Of a DNA stretch of 64,000 nucleotides, positions 27,494-37,077 are shown in pieces (position 1 is the first letter of the stretch; the number at the start of each line of letters is the position of its first letter). The notes beneath the pieces were generated by a model. That model was not told where the DNA came from. It searched no databases and was given only the letters and a program-made list of their open reading frames with translations. A program made the position numbers and the translations under genes. The DNA comes from an uncultured Gemmatimonadales bacterium (lineage in GTDB: Bacteria > Gemmatimonadota > Gemmatimonadetes > Longimicrobiales > RSA9), in the NCBI GenBank assembly GCA_963708135.1, contig OY970192.1, positions 4,736,001 to 4,800,000 on the forward strand. Reading direction: 5' to 3'.

Positions 27494-29788
27494 GGACGGG
27501 GATGGAACAGGTCGAGGACTGGATCGTTGCCGCACTACGCTCAGCCGGCGGGCGCATGGAGCTGAACGAACTCATTCGCCATCTCGAAGCCTCTTGTCCG
27601 CTCACGGCAGAGGACCGGGTGCCTCAGAAGGGTCATGAACACGAGTCGCAGTTTGCCTACCGCTGCCGGTGGGCGGTGACACGGTTGCGGAACAAGGGCG
27701 TCGTTCTTCGCCCCGGTGCGCAGCGTGGCTCAGTCCAGCTTGGCGAAGACGGAAGTCCTAGCGGTGTCAGCCTGCCCAGCTTGCCTGACGCGCGTAAGCA
27801 GCGCGTCTGGATCTTCCAGGCCAACCCCAAATATTACCGCATCCTCGAGGCGCTTCAGCAGCTCGACCGGATGCAGTTCCTGGCCAACCGATACAAGGAC
27901 CGCATCCAGGTCGGTGACACCGTCCTGCTCTGGATGTCGGGCAACCACGCGGGCATCTACGCACAAGCCCGTGTCGTGGAGGGCGTCGCGGAGCGGAAGT
28001 CCGACGGCGACGATGCGGCGTTCTGGGCGGACCCGAGCAGTGGAAGCACAACGAAGCCTCGCGTCGTGCTCGCGATCGAGAGACGGTTCCTCGGCAACCC
28101 GCTCCTCAAGACCACCATCGTGGCCACGGAGGGGCTGGGCAACCTGATGATCCTCCGGCAGCCGAACGGCACCAACTTCCCCGTCGACGTCGACTCGTGG
28201 GAGCTGTTGCGCCCGTTACTGCCGACCGAGCAGACCCGCGAGCCGGCGCGCGAGGTCCTCACGTGGGCGATGAAGCGAGCCAGGGGTGGCAAGATCTACG
28301 ACGAGAGCTGCAACGAGCTGCTCGAGCGCTTCGTCGCCGAGACGTTCGCCGGTGGGGAGGAACACTCCCGGGACGAGATCACCAGCTGGTTTGCAGCGAA
28401 CTACCCGCTCTTCAAGCCGATCACCGTCCAGTGTCACATCGAGAAGTACACAACCAACTTCCGCAGTCGCGTCCACTACAACGCGACGCCAGAGCACGAC
28501 CTCCTCTTCCGCGTCGACGACGACTGGGCGCGCCTCCGCCTCTACCGCCCGGGTGACGATCCCGCTCCGATCCACGACAAGCCTGACGCGCCGAAGGGCT
28601 CGAAGGCCAAGTCCTCGACGAAGGCGAAGCATGTCTCACCCCTCGACCGCAACCGCCGGCTGCTCGCGCATCTCGCCACCCTCGGTGAGCTGACGCCGGG
28701 CGATCTCGAGGACCTCGGGCTCGAAGAGACGGACCTGAGCGACTGGCTCGACTCGCTGCTGGCGCGTCGTCCCGAGGCCCACGTAGTCACCCCGCTCTTC
28801 CTTCATCTCGTGGACGGAGACGCGGGCCCGTCCGCGTTCACCACCCGGCTCGCGGCGCGCTTCATGGGCGAGCACCTACGGAGATACGCCCCGGAGCCGA
28901 TCCCGGGGCTCGAGGATCACGTCTGGGCACGATTCGGACGCTGGCATTCTGACGCAGCCCCACGGCGGCGACCAGAAGACGCATGCCTACCTCAGTGTGC
29001 CGATCCGCGAACCGCACGACGTGGCGGCCTCGGAGCGACTCGACCTGTTCGCGCAGCTGCCGCCGAAGGTGATCGGTGACCTGATTCGCGAGCCCGAGTT
29101 CCTCTCGGAGCAGCAATCCTGGAGTGCCGACGCGGCGTCGAAGTCGTCGGATGGGCCGCTCAGCACGCAGCTCCGTCGAAGCTGGAAGCGCCCGTTGCTC
29201 CTCAGCACCGTGGAGCTGCTCGTGGCCGACGACCGCCAAGTGCTGATCGGCGAGATGGAGCGCACCGACGTTATCGAGCGCAACTACGTCGTCGCCGGCC
29301 TACCGCTCTGTCGCGACGGCGAGTGGGAGCCTGCAGCCACGCTCGATCGAGAGGCCGCCGCAGAACGTCTCTTCCAACACCCGGTCGCGGCGGCACTCCT
29401 GCAGTTCGAGGTTCATCGCCTGTTCGCCGGCCTGTCGAGCGACGTGGCGGCGCTGATCCACCTCGGCGGGGGTATGGCGCAGCTCGAGCTCGATGGCGCC
29501 GGGCGAGGGCCTCTGTGGCGCCACGTCCGCTCGATGCTCGAGCAGGTCGGCTACTGGCCGGTGGGGGCCAGCACCCAGGATTCGCTCTGGGCGACCGCCG
29601 TCCACGTGATGCTGAAGAACCTCGAGCTGCTCGATGTGTTCGAGCGTGACGGCGACACACTGCGTCTGACCGACGACTACCAATCCAAGATCAAGGCTCA
29701 TCCGGCACACCGGCAGAACCGGGGCGAGAAGCCCTACCGCGTTCGCCTGTCGCCGTTCCTGGCGGCTCTCCACGGAGGACAGGCATGA
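27490..29788 (+). CDS. Mrr_N-like + EVE-domain + protein-A-like multidomain protein B, interrupted by a +1 frameshift at ~28948 (765 aa if joined)
   Basis: Mrr_N-like F.YRCRWA..RL..KG; EVE-like WIFQANP..Y, IQVGD.VLLW.SG..AGIYA.ARV; third-position GC bias switches frame near 28948. Confidence 0.78.
28941..28955 (+). repeat. CTGGCATTCTGACGC motif, copy 2 (frameshift site)
   Basis: Identical to 26439-26453. Confidence 0.9.
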
Positions 29789-30960
29789 CGACGGCGTCGG
29801 TGCGCATCGCGCTCCCCAAGCTATTTCTATGGAGCGAGCCGGCTCGCATCCAGGAGTATCCGGAGGCGGCGTCCCGTGCCGAGCCCGGCCTCGTCTATTC
29901 GCGGGCTGACCTCGAGCGCGTCGTCTTCGACATCGCTCCCACGATGGAGTTCAAGGGTGGGGCGCCGCGCGGCAAGGGGACCGACGGCGTCGTCAACACG
30001 TACGGGATGGAGCGCAGCGGCGCCCGTTACCGTGTCAACGGGATCAATCTCTTCGAGCGGGTCGACAAGGGCCTCCGGGCCACGCCCGAAGGCGTCGAGC
30101 TGGGGAAGGCGTTTCGTGACGCGGACGCTGACATCGACTGGGCTCGCGCCCTCGCGAAGCAGCTGCTTCGACGTGAGCCTAGAACGCGTTTGGTGATCGG
30201 GCTTTGCCTCGCGGGTTGGCAGCTGGGCGTCGAGGCGCCGGGCGGTATCCCCACGGGCTCGTTGTCGCTCATGTCGCCCGAAGGCGACGCCCTGGAGATC
30301 GCACAGCGCAACTGCGACGACTTCAACGCGCTGCTGTGCGACAACGCAGAGCTCGCCCTCGGGCCGCGTTGGCGCGCTGACCTTTCGGCACTCGGGGAAA
30401 CCGCAGCGGTCGTGTGGGAGGGCGTCCAGGGTGGAACCCCCTCGACGAACGACCTCCCTACGGCGCTCAAGAAGGCCTTGGCCGTGTTCTTCCACATCCG
30501 AGCCTTCGACGGTGGTCCTTCGACCTGGAGCCTGGACGCCGGCGGACTCGCCGATGCGCTGGCGGTGGAGGATCTCGTCGAGCTCGGCTTTGAGGGAGCA
30601 GCGCCGGTGCGGCTGACCGACGACGAGGCGTTCGCGCGGGCGCTCCGCGACAGCACGGACGCCGAGGGCTTTTTAATCGTGAGTCAGCTCGGCGAGCGCT
30701 TCGGCGAGCTCCTTCAGGTGCCGGACGAGGATCGAGCCGCCGTCCTCGACAGCTACATCCGGACAGCGATGTACCACGACCATCTGCGGGTGCTCGACCG
30801 CCACCCAGGACAGCCCCGCATGGGACGAGGGCTCTTCGGCGAGCCCGGCGCACGTCGCGTTCGCATCGAATTCACGCCCAGCCACCAGACTACGAACGTA
30901 GACGCCGCGGAGCAGATTCCCGCGGGCTCATCCAGCGAGACGCAGCGAGAAGACCGATGA
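29785..30960 (+). CDS. Hypothetical protein, probably winged-helix
   Basis: ATGA-coupled; LFERVDKGLRATPEG.ELG resembles a wHTH wing. Confidence 0.75.
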   Translation: MTTASVRIALPKLFLWSEPARIQEYPEAASRAEPGLVYSRADLERVVFDIAPTMEFKGGAPRGKGTDGVVNTYGMERSGARYRVNGINLFERVDKGLRATPEGVELGKAFRDADADIDWARALAKQLLRREPRTRLVIGLCLAGWQLGVEAPGGIPTGSLSLMSPEGDALEIAQRNCDDFNALLCDNAELALGPRWRADLSALGETAAVVWEGVQGGTPSTNDLPTALKKALAVFFHIRAFDGGPSTWSLDAGGLADALAVEDLVELGFEGAAPVRLTDDEAFARALRDSTDAEGFLIVSQLGERFGELLQVPDEDRAAVLDSYIRTAMYHDHLRVLDRHPGQPRMGRGLFGEPGARRVRIEFTPSHQTTNVDAAEQIPAGSSSETQREDR

Positions 30961-33900
30961 CCATTACGAAGCCGTGGGCCGCCAAGGGCGTCGCGCTCTA
31001 TCCGCCCTCCTTCTCCATGGTCGGCCAGAACCAGGTGTTCAACGCCCTCCACCAGTTCCGCCGGTCCTTCTGGGACGGCGCAGCCAATGACATCGCGGGC
31101 TTCTTCATCGCGTTCGGCGACTGGGGTCTGGGCAAGACGCGGCTTGGCTACGAGCTCATCGCGGAAGCGACGGGTACCGTCGACCGGTGGCTGCTCAATA
31201 AGAACGAGTACGTCATCCCGCCGTTCCATCAGCCCGATAAGAAGCCGCGCGTGCTCGAGCCGGCGCTGCAGGATGGGGTCCTGCCGCTTTACATCCGCTA
31301 CAGCACCGTGTGCGACGACGCGCTCGACGCTGCGACGTGGGTGGCTCGCCTGGCGGTCGAGGCCCTGCGGCACACGTTGCACGCCGACCCCGCCGCTGGC
31401 GGGCCGCGGGACCTGTACGAGGATCTCAAGGCCGCCATGCAGGCCAAGGGCGTCAACCTGAAGGCGCTCTCCCTCGTCAACGACGACACTCGGTCGTTCG
31501 AGGACCGGCTCCGCGACGCGAAGAAGGTCTTGCGAGATGCTGGGCTGAACCACCTCTGGATCATCGTCGACGAGGTCGAGACTCCCGGTGACCTGAAGCG
31601 GGGCCTTCGCGAGGACACGCAGACCAAGGTCAACGACGAGTACCTCCTGATGGTCTCGGAGGTCATCAAGCATGAGAACTGGAGGAACCAGCATCCGGAC
31701 GTGAACTTCCTTCTGCTGTGCAGCGTGGGCATGCGCGACCAGATCCACATCGGTCCGAACCTGCGCCGCGCGAGCTCGGTGACGATCGAGCCGAACCAGC
31801 TGACCGACGTGCAGAGCTACGTCGATCACATCAAGGGCAGCCTGGTCAACCCGCACGCCGTCGAGTACCCGGTGGGTACGCTCGAGGGCGCCTTCCTCTC
31901 GGCCAACCGGAACTTCGGCTGGCTGAACGTGATCATGGCGTCCATTCACGAGACGCACGCACGACATCTCGAGCGCGGAGACGGCTCGAGCGCGTGGGAG
32001 CTTCTGAAGGACTTCGCCAAGACCGAGGCGCGGGCCAAGCACATCTTCAACGATGATGCCGTCCTGCCGCTGCTCGGCAAGGTGACCGGGGTCCCCAAGC
32101 AAGAGGTGGAGCGACTCGTGTACGGCCAGCTGCCGGCTCCGGTCGGCGGAGCGGCCGAGGCGGCGCTGACCGAGGAGATGGCTGATGCGCTGCTCGCCCA
32201 CGAGGTCGCGGGCCGCGGGAACGCCTTCGCAGAACTCTTCCAGGTTCACATAGATGAGCGAGCGCTCGCCAACGAGCTGACCCGCCCCGAGTTCGGCTTC
32301 AAAGCGAAGGAGGGGAAGACCGACACGTACTTCACCCCGAACTGCGAAGTGTCCGTCGTTGGGTTAGTCGAGGCTCTCCGTGCCTTCTCCGTTGCGGTCG
32401 GGGGCGCTCCTGGCGCGGCCGGCGATTTCGTCGTCTACGCCGACCTAGAGCAGTGGGGCGAGCAGCTAGCGGCGCTCTATCCGCGCGAAGGTATCGAGTT
32501 CGCGGCCGAGTCGCTCCACCGGATCTTCTCGAAGCCCGAGTACCGGGTCGATGGCACTCGGTTCATCGGGATGTCGTTTCGGCTCTGGCGAGAGTTCAAC
32601 AAGCTCCTGGTTTCGGCGGCCGAGAGCGTTCGCTTCTTCAAGGACGGCAAGTACGAGGCCTCCCTCGACCAGTACGTCAGAGGCGTCAGCCAGACGAAAG
32701 CGAAGCGCGGGACGGCGATCTGCCTGGGCCTCGCGAAGCTCCTCGACGACCACCTCAAGGACGATGACACGAAGCAGGTCTCGGGGCTCAAGGACGTCCC
32801 GCACCAGGCCTTCGCGTCCACCTTCGGCTCGCCGTCGCTCGATGGGCTTCGGGTCACGCCGGACGGTCGGTGCACGATCGTGTACTGCCTTGACCCCCAG
32901 GAGACCCTCGACAAGCTCCGCGCCTACATCGGCCTCGAGCGGGTCCACCCGATCCTTGTGCTGTTTCCGGCGAGCGCGGACGTAGCCTCGTTCGAGCTGC
33001 AGCTCGATGCCTCGCCGGCCCTTCGCCGGTGCGTCCTGACACGGCGCCTCCTGTCGCAGGAGGAGGAGTTCCTTCTCAAGTACTCGGGCCGGGGCTCGGC
33101 CTACAACGCCCACGAGGCACGCCTGAGTAAGGTCGCGAAGGGGCTTGAGGGTTCCTACCGCGACGAGTGGCAGGGGAAGAGCCGGGAGTGGGCGAACGGC
33201 CTCCGAAAGACCGGCTACCTGCTGGCGCCCATCTGGAGCCGCAAGACCGGCAACAACACGGCCGACTTCGCAAAGGGCTACCGCTACATGCTGGCGAAGG
33301 ACTGCTCGCTCGATGCGGCGGTCAACACGGCAGGCGGACCGCTCAACAACGTGGAGTTCGAGAACTGCCGGCAGGCGGCGAAGAAGAACATCGATGCGCC
33401 GGCCGCGTGGAAGTACGGCGACCTCCTCGGCGTGTTGACGACCGATGGTAGCCTGCTGCCGAAGGTGCCCCGGTGCTTCTTCGCGCTCCTCCAGGAGCTC
33501 AAGACGCAGTCGGCCGTGAGCAAGCTCGCCAACGGCTTCTTCTTCGCGGTGCCCGACAGCGAGATGAAGGCGCCGCAGCAGCTCGAGCAGATCCTCGAGG
33601 TACTCATCGGCATCGGGCTCATCCGCAAGAAGAACGACCTCTACAAGGCCGTCGACCGGACGATGCTCGAGAGCCGGCGTCAGTCGGCCTCGACCTGGCT
33701 CGAGGGAGAGTGCAAGGACTCGATCAAGAAGCTCCATGACCTGTTCCCCACCCAGGCCAGCATTCTCCTGAGCAACAACTACCCCACCGCCAAGCAGCAG
33801 CTGGTGACGGCGGAGAAGCAGATCCAGCAGGTGAGCTCGGATCACCTGACCGCGGACATCGACAGCCTGACGGAGGACTCGCTGAAGACGGTCGTCGCTC

Positions 33901-35036
33901 AGATCCTCGACATCGAGGAGCGCATCCTCGGGGTGTGCCCGCTCGAGATCGGCGAGACGACGTTCGACTTCGACTGCTCGCCGGCGCGAATCCTGTCGTA
34001 CGAGAACCGGTACTCGAGCCTCTCGCTGTGGGAGCGCGTCGCCTTCCTCGCGTGGCTGAAGAAGACGTTCCTCGAGACGCGGGACGAGATGATCGGCGAG
34101 ATCGATGATTTGCTCGGCGAGGCCGCCACACTCGATGAGGCCGAGGGCCACCCGTTCCCGGTCGCCCCAGTTACGCTGCCGCTGAAGGCCATCAAGTCCG
34201 AGCTCGAGAACGCCGTGAAGGGGCCTGCCGCGGCAGGCACCCAGACACGCATGGCCACGATCCCTGTGGCGACGTACACGCTCATGATCGACCAGTACCT
34301 GGTCAACTCGCAGTACGAGCACGCGTGGAAGCGCATGGACGCGCTGAAAGACCTCATCAGCAAGGAGAGGCCCGGTAGCTTCTTCGCACGGTTCAAGAAG
34401 CTCCATGAGCAGTGGTCGAAGGCGGTCAAGGACTTCAAGGCCGCCGCGTCTGCGTGGCAATCGCTGGCCGACTTCACGGCCGACGCTCCGCAGTCGGTGC
34501 AGGGCTCGCTGAACCCGCTCAAGCTCGAGGTTCAGAAGTTCCGCGGACTTGTTGAGGGGGGCCTGAAACAGCAGGTGCAGTCGCTGATCGACCAGGTGGC
34601 GGAGACCGAGCTCTTGAAGAGCTTGGAGACCGAGGTCGTGGCGACCGCGCAAGCGGTCCAGGGGCTGCCGCAGCAAGTCACCGAGAAGCTCGAGGAGTTC
34701 AAGTCGGGGCTCCGGCAGGTGATCCGGCAGAAGGAACTGCGAGCGCTCAACCGAGTCCTGAAGTCGAACGGGAAGCCGGCCAAGGCGGAGCCGACGCCGG
34801 CCGCGACCTTCGGCACCACCAAATCGCGCTACGAGGCGTTCAACGGCCAGGTCTCGCAGGAGGGGGCAGGCTTCTTCGAGGGCGCGGGCAAGGTCATTCA
34901 CTTCGGTTTGTGGGTCAACATCTCCGGCGACCTGGAGGCCGACTCCTACGACGAAGACCAGCATCCAGACCACGCCGACGCGATTCGCGAGCTCAAGGAG
35001 ATGAAGCTCATCCGCTCGAAGCTGGAGCTCCGATGA
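30957..35036 (+). CDS. Large P-loop ATPase (BrxC/PglY-like architecture) with a long helical C-terminus
   Basis: Walker A GDWGLGKT, Walker B WIIVDEVE, 1359 aa, coiled-coil tail. Confidence 0.8.
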   Translation: MTITKPWAAKGVALYPPSFSMVGQNQVFNALHQFRRSFWDGAANDIAGFFIAFGDWGLGKTRLGYELIAEATGTVDRWLLNKNEYVIPPFHQPDKKPRVLEPALQDGVLPLYIRYSTVCDDALDAATWVARLAVEALRHTLHADPAAGGPRDLYEDLKAAMQAKGVNLKALSLVNDDTRSFEDRLRDAKKVLRDAGLNHLWIIVDEVETPGDLKRGLREDTQTKVNDEYLLMVSEVIKHENWRNQHPDVNFLLLCSVGMRDQIHIGPNLRRASSVTIEPNQLTDVQSYVDHIKGSLVNPHAVEYPVGTLEGAFLSANRNFGWLNVIMASIHETHARHLERGDGSSAWELLKDFAKTEARAKHIFNDDAVLPLLGKVTGVPKQEVERLVYGQLPAPVGGAAEAALTEEMADALLAHEVAGRGNAFAELFQVHIDERALANELTRPEFGFKAKEGKTDTYFTPNCEVSVVGLVEALRAFSVAVGGAPGAAGDFVVYADLEQWGEQLAALYPREGIEFAAESLHRIFSKPEYRVDGTRFIGMSFRLWREFNKLLVSAAESVRFFKDGKYEASLDQYVRGVSQTKAKRGTAICLGLAKLLDDHLKDDDTKQVSGLKDVPHQAFASTFGSPSLDGLRVTPDGRCTIVYCLDPQETLDKLRAYIGLERVHPILVLFPASADVASFELQLDASPALRRCVLTRRLLSQEEEFLLKYSGRGSAYNAHEARLSKVAKGLEGSYRDEWQGKSREWANGLRKTGYLLAPIWSRKTGNNTADFAKGYRYMLAKDCSLDAAVNTAGGPLNNVEFENCRQAAKKNIDAPAAWKYGDLLGVLTTDGSLLPKVPRCFFALLQELKTQSAVSKLANGFFFAVPDSEMKAPQQLEQILEVLIGIGLIRKKNDLYKAVDRTMLESRRQSASTWLEGECKDSIKKLHDLFPTQASILLSNNYPTAKQQLVTAEKQIQQVSSDHLTADIDSLTEDSLKTVVAQILDIEERILGVCPLEIGETTFDFDCSPARILSYENRYSSLSLWERVAFLAWLKKTFLETRDEMIGEIDDLLGEAATLDEAEGHPFPVAPVTLPLKAIKSELENAVKGPAAAGTQTRMATIPVATYTLMIDQYLVNSQYEHAWKRMDALKDLISKERPGSFFARFKKLHEQWSKAVKDFKAAASAWQSLADFTADAPQSVQGSLNPLKLEVQKFRGLVEGGLKQQVQSLIDQVAETELLKSLETEVVATAQAVQGLPQQVTEKLEEFKSGLRQVIRQKELRALNRVLKSNGKPAKAEPTPAATFGTTKSRYEAFNGQVSQEGAGFFEGAGKVIHFGLWVNISGDLEADSYDEDQHPDHADAIRELKEMKLIRSKLELR

Positions 35037-35941
35037 AAGCGCGCATCATTGAAGCACAAACTGACCTGTTCGAGGTCGGCGTCCTGTCGCAGACGGCCGA
35101 GGTCGAGAGCATTTCGATGGACCGGATCCTGGCTGATCCGTCGGGGCCTCCGCTCGTCGTTGTTGGTGGACTGCTGGGGGCCGAGCGCCTCGCCGACATG
35201 CGTAAGCTGTCGTCCGCGCTCGCACGGGCGGGGGTCGCGGTCATCGTCGTGCCGCCGTTCACGGATCTGGATGTCGGCCGCTACTTCGAGACGCCGGTCC
35301 AGCTGGGAGTCCGACGTCGTACCGCGGAGCCGGTTGCCCGCGTCAACGAGGGAGTGCTCGAGGAGGTGCTCGGCGGAAGGGTGAAGGTCCGCTCAGACCA
35401 CTTCGTCGACACGGCTCTCGGCGCAGGCGTGCTCGCCGTGGATGCCCAGGGCAAACCCGTGCTCATCCGGTACCAGGCGACCAACACGGCCGGGCCGGTG
35501 TTCTTCTCCGCACTCCAGTTGCTCACCTACACGGCGCTGACCGACGAGGCGCATCGCCAGGCACTCCTCGGCCACCTCTTGGCGTGGACGCCGACCGTCG
35601 CGACGGAGGCCCTGGAGGCCGCCCGGCAGCCGTCGAGCCCGCCGAGGGCCGAGGCGGTGGGCGAAGGGGTGCTCGTCCTCGTGGCGCTTCTTCTCGCGGC
35701 CGGGGGCGGGCAGGCGGCGGAGCAGCTGCGGTCTCGAGCCGGGACTCTCCTTGGCGCGGACCTCAGCGCTACTGACGCCGCACGCGCCGTGGAGGAGCTC
35801 GCGCGTCGGGGCCTGCTGGCCGCCGATGCACCGGCACCGAGCGATCGCGGGGCCCTCGTCCGGTTTCTCGAGCAGCGCGGGATGCACCCGTACCTGCGTG
35901 AGCTTGGGCCCCTGCTCGCTTCCGAGGGGACGACCACATGA
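35033..35941 (+). CDS. Hypothetical protein with a C-terminal wHTH-like segment
   Basis: ATGA-coupled on both sides. Confidence 0.7.
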   Translation: MKARIIEAQTDLFEVGVLSQTAEVESISMDRILADPSGPPLVVVGGLLGAERLADMRKLSSALARAGVAVIVVPPFTDLDVGRYFETPVQLGVRRRTAEPVARVNEGVLEEVLGGRVKVRSDHFVDTALGAGVLAVDAQGKPVLIRYQATNTAGPVFFSALQLLTYTALTDEAHRQALLGHLLAWTPTVATEALEAARQPSSPPRAEAVGEGVLVLVALLLAAGGGQAAEQLRSRAGTLLGADLSATDAARAVEELARRGLLAADAPAPSDRGALVRFLEQRGMHPYLRELGPLLASEGTTT

Positions 35942-37077
35942 AGAGCATCGAGCTGGCTCGCGCACTCGCCGCGGCGATGAGCCTGCGGCTTCCCGGCACC
36001 GTCGGGAAGATCGCAAACAAGATGCGGTACATCGACTCGAAGGCCCCGCTCTTCGTGCGTGGCGGCATCATCCGCAGCATCGAGTCGCGCCGGTTCGATC
36101 GCGTCTACGCCGTTGGCGTCTCCTCCAAGAGCCGGAGCATGCCCGCCTTGGGCGGCATCCTCTATGGAGCCGCGGCGCTCCGCCACGACATCGTCGTGAC
36201 CGGCAACCAGGTGACGGAGGGTTTCCAGGACAGCCGGGTCAACATCAACGACATGAACTTTCTCGACGCCTCCGAGCGACTGGTATGGAAGGAGTACATC
36301 CTCGTCTACCAGCTCCTGACGGACCTGCTGGATTCGGACACAAAGCCGGATGTCATCTTCGTCAACATCCCGCTCCTGGTCCCACGTGCCGAGCAGAGCC
36401 TCAGCCTCGCCGAGCCCGACGTCGAGGGGGAGTGGCACGAGCTCATCGAGGTCATGGAGGCGTTCTGGCAGCGCTTCCTGCCGTCGATCTACCCGAACGA
36501 CCCGAACGGGCCGTTCCTCGTCTCGCTCCAGTCGCGCCGCGACCTCAACGCCGCTGTCTTGAACGCGTTGCGCGAGAAGGGCCTGGCGGGTTCGCCCGAG
36601 GCGATCAGCAGTGAGGCGCTGGACCTCGTGCAGAGCGAGTGGGTGCAGCTGCGGCGGGTCGGCATTCTTCGCTTTCTACGTGGTGCCCTACGTGCAGGGC
36701 ATCGGACCGCCGCCTACTACTACGAGGCGCTGGGGCGCCAGATGAAGCGCTTCGAGCCTCGAACGGTCGCTAACCACGGCCTTATCGGCTTCCACATTCA
36801 AGTGGGCCTCCGAACTCCGATCTGGAAGATCGAGACCGTCGGTGCTCCCGGGCAATGGGATTCCGAGGCACTCGACAAGCTGGCCAGCGTCACCGCCTTC
36901 CTGACCCTGAACGACAACCCGCGGATGAAACCGCTGCCGCTCTGGTATGCCGAAGAGCTCGTGAAGATGCCACGCGAGGTCCTGTCCAACTACCTGCGTT
37001 CAACCTTGGGCATGCTCAAGGACCGCGCCGTTGATCGAGCCTGGCTCGAGGGCGTTAACACCATGGATGAGGAGTGA
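35938..37077 (+). CDS. NurA-like protein with substituted catalytic aspartates
   Basis: Directly upstream of HerA; VYAVGVSS in place of AVDGS, DVIFVNIPL in place of DGPL; P.PLWYAEELVK tail. Confidence 0.65.
   Translation: MKSIELARALAAAMSLRLPGTVGKIANKMRYIDSKAPLFVRGGIIRSIESRRFDRVYAVGVSSKSRSMPALGGILYGAAALRHDIVVTGNQVTEGFQDSRVNINDMNFLDASERLVWKEYILVYQLLTDLLDSDTKPDVIFVNIPLLVPRAEQSLSLAEPDVEGEWHELIEVMEAFWQRFLPSIYPNDPNGPFLVSLQSRRDLNAAVLNALREKGLAGSPEAISSEALDLVQSEWVQLRRVGILRFLRGALRAGHRTAAYYYEALGRQMKRFEPRTVANHGLIGFHIQVGLRTPIWKIETVGAPGQWDSEALDKLASVTAFLTLNDNPRMKPLPLWYAEELVKMPREVLSNYLRSTLGMLKDRAVDRAWLEGVNTMDEE

Noticed and set aside
26439..28955. The two 15-mers as ends of an inserted or excisable element
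   Set aside because: They are 2502 bp apart (a multiple of 3), so simple deletion leaves the frameshift, and the intervening DNA is ordinary operon coding sequence.
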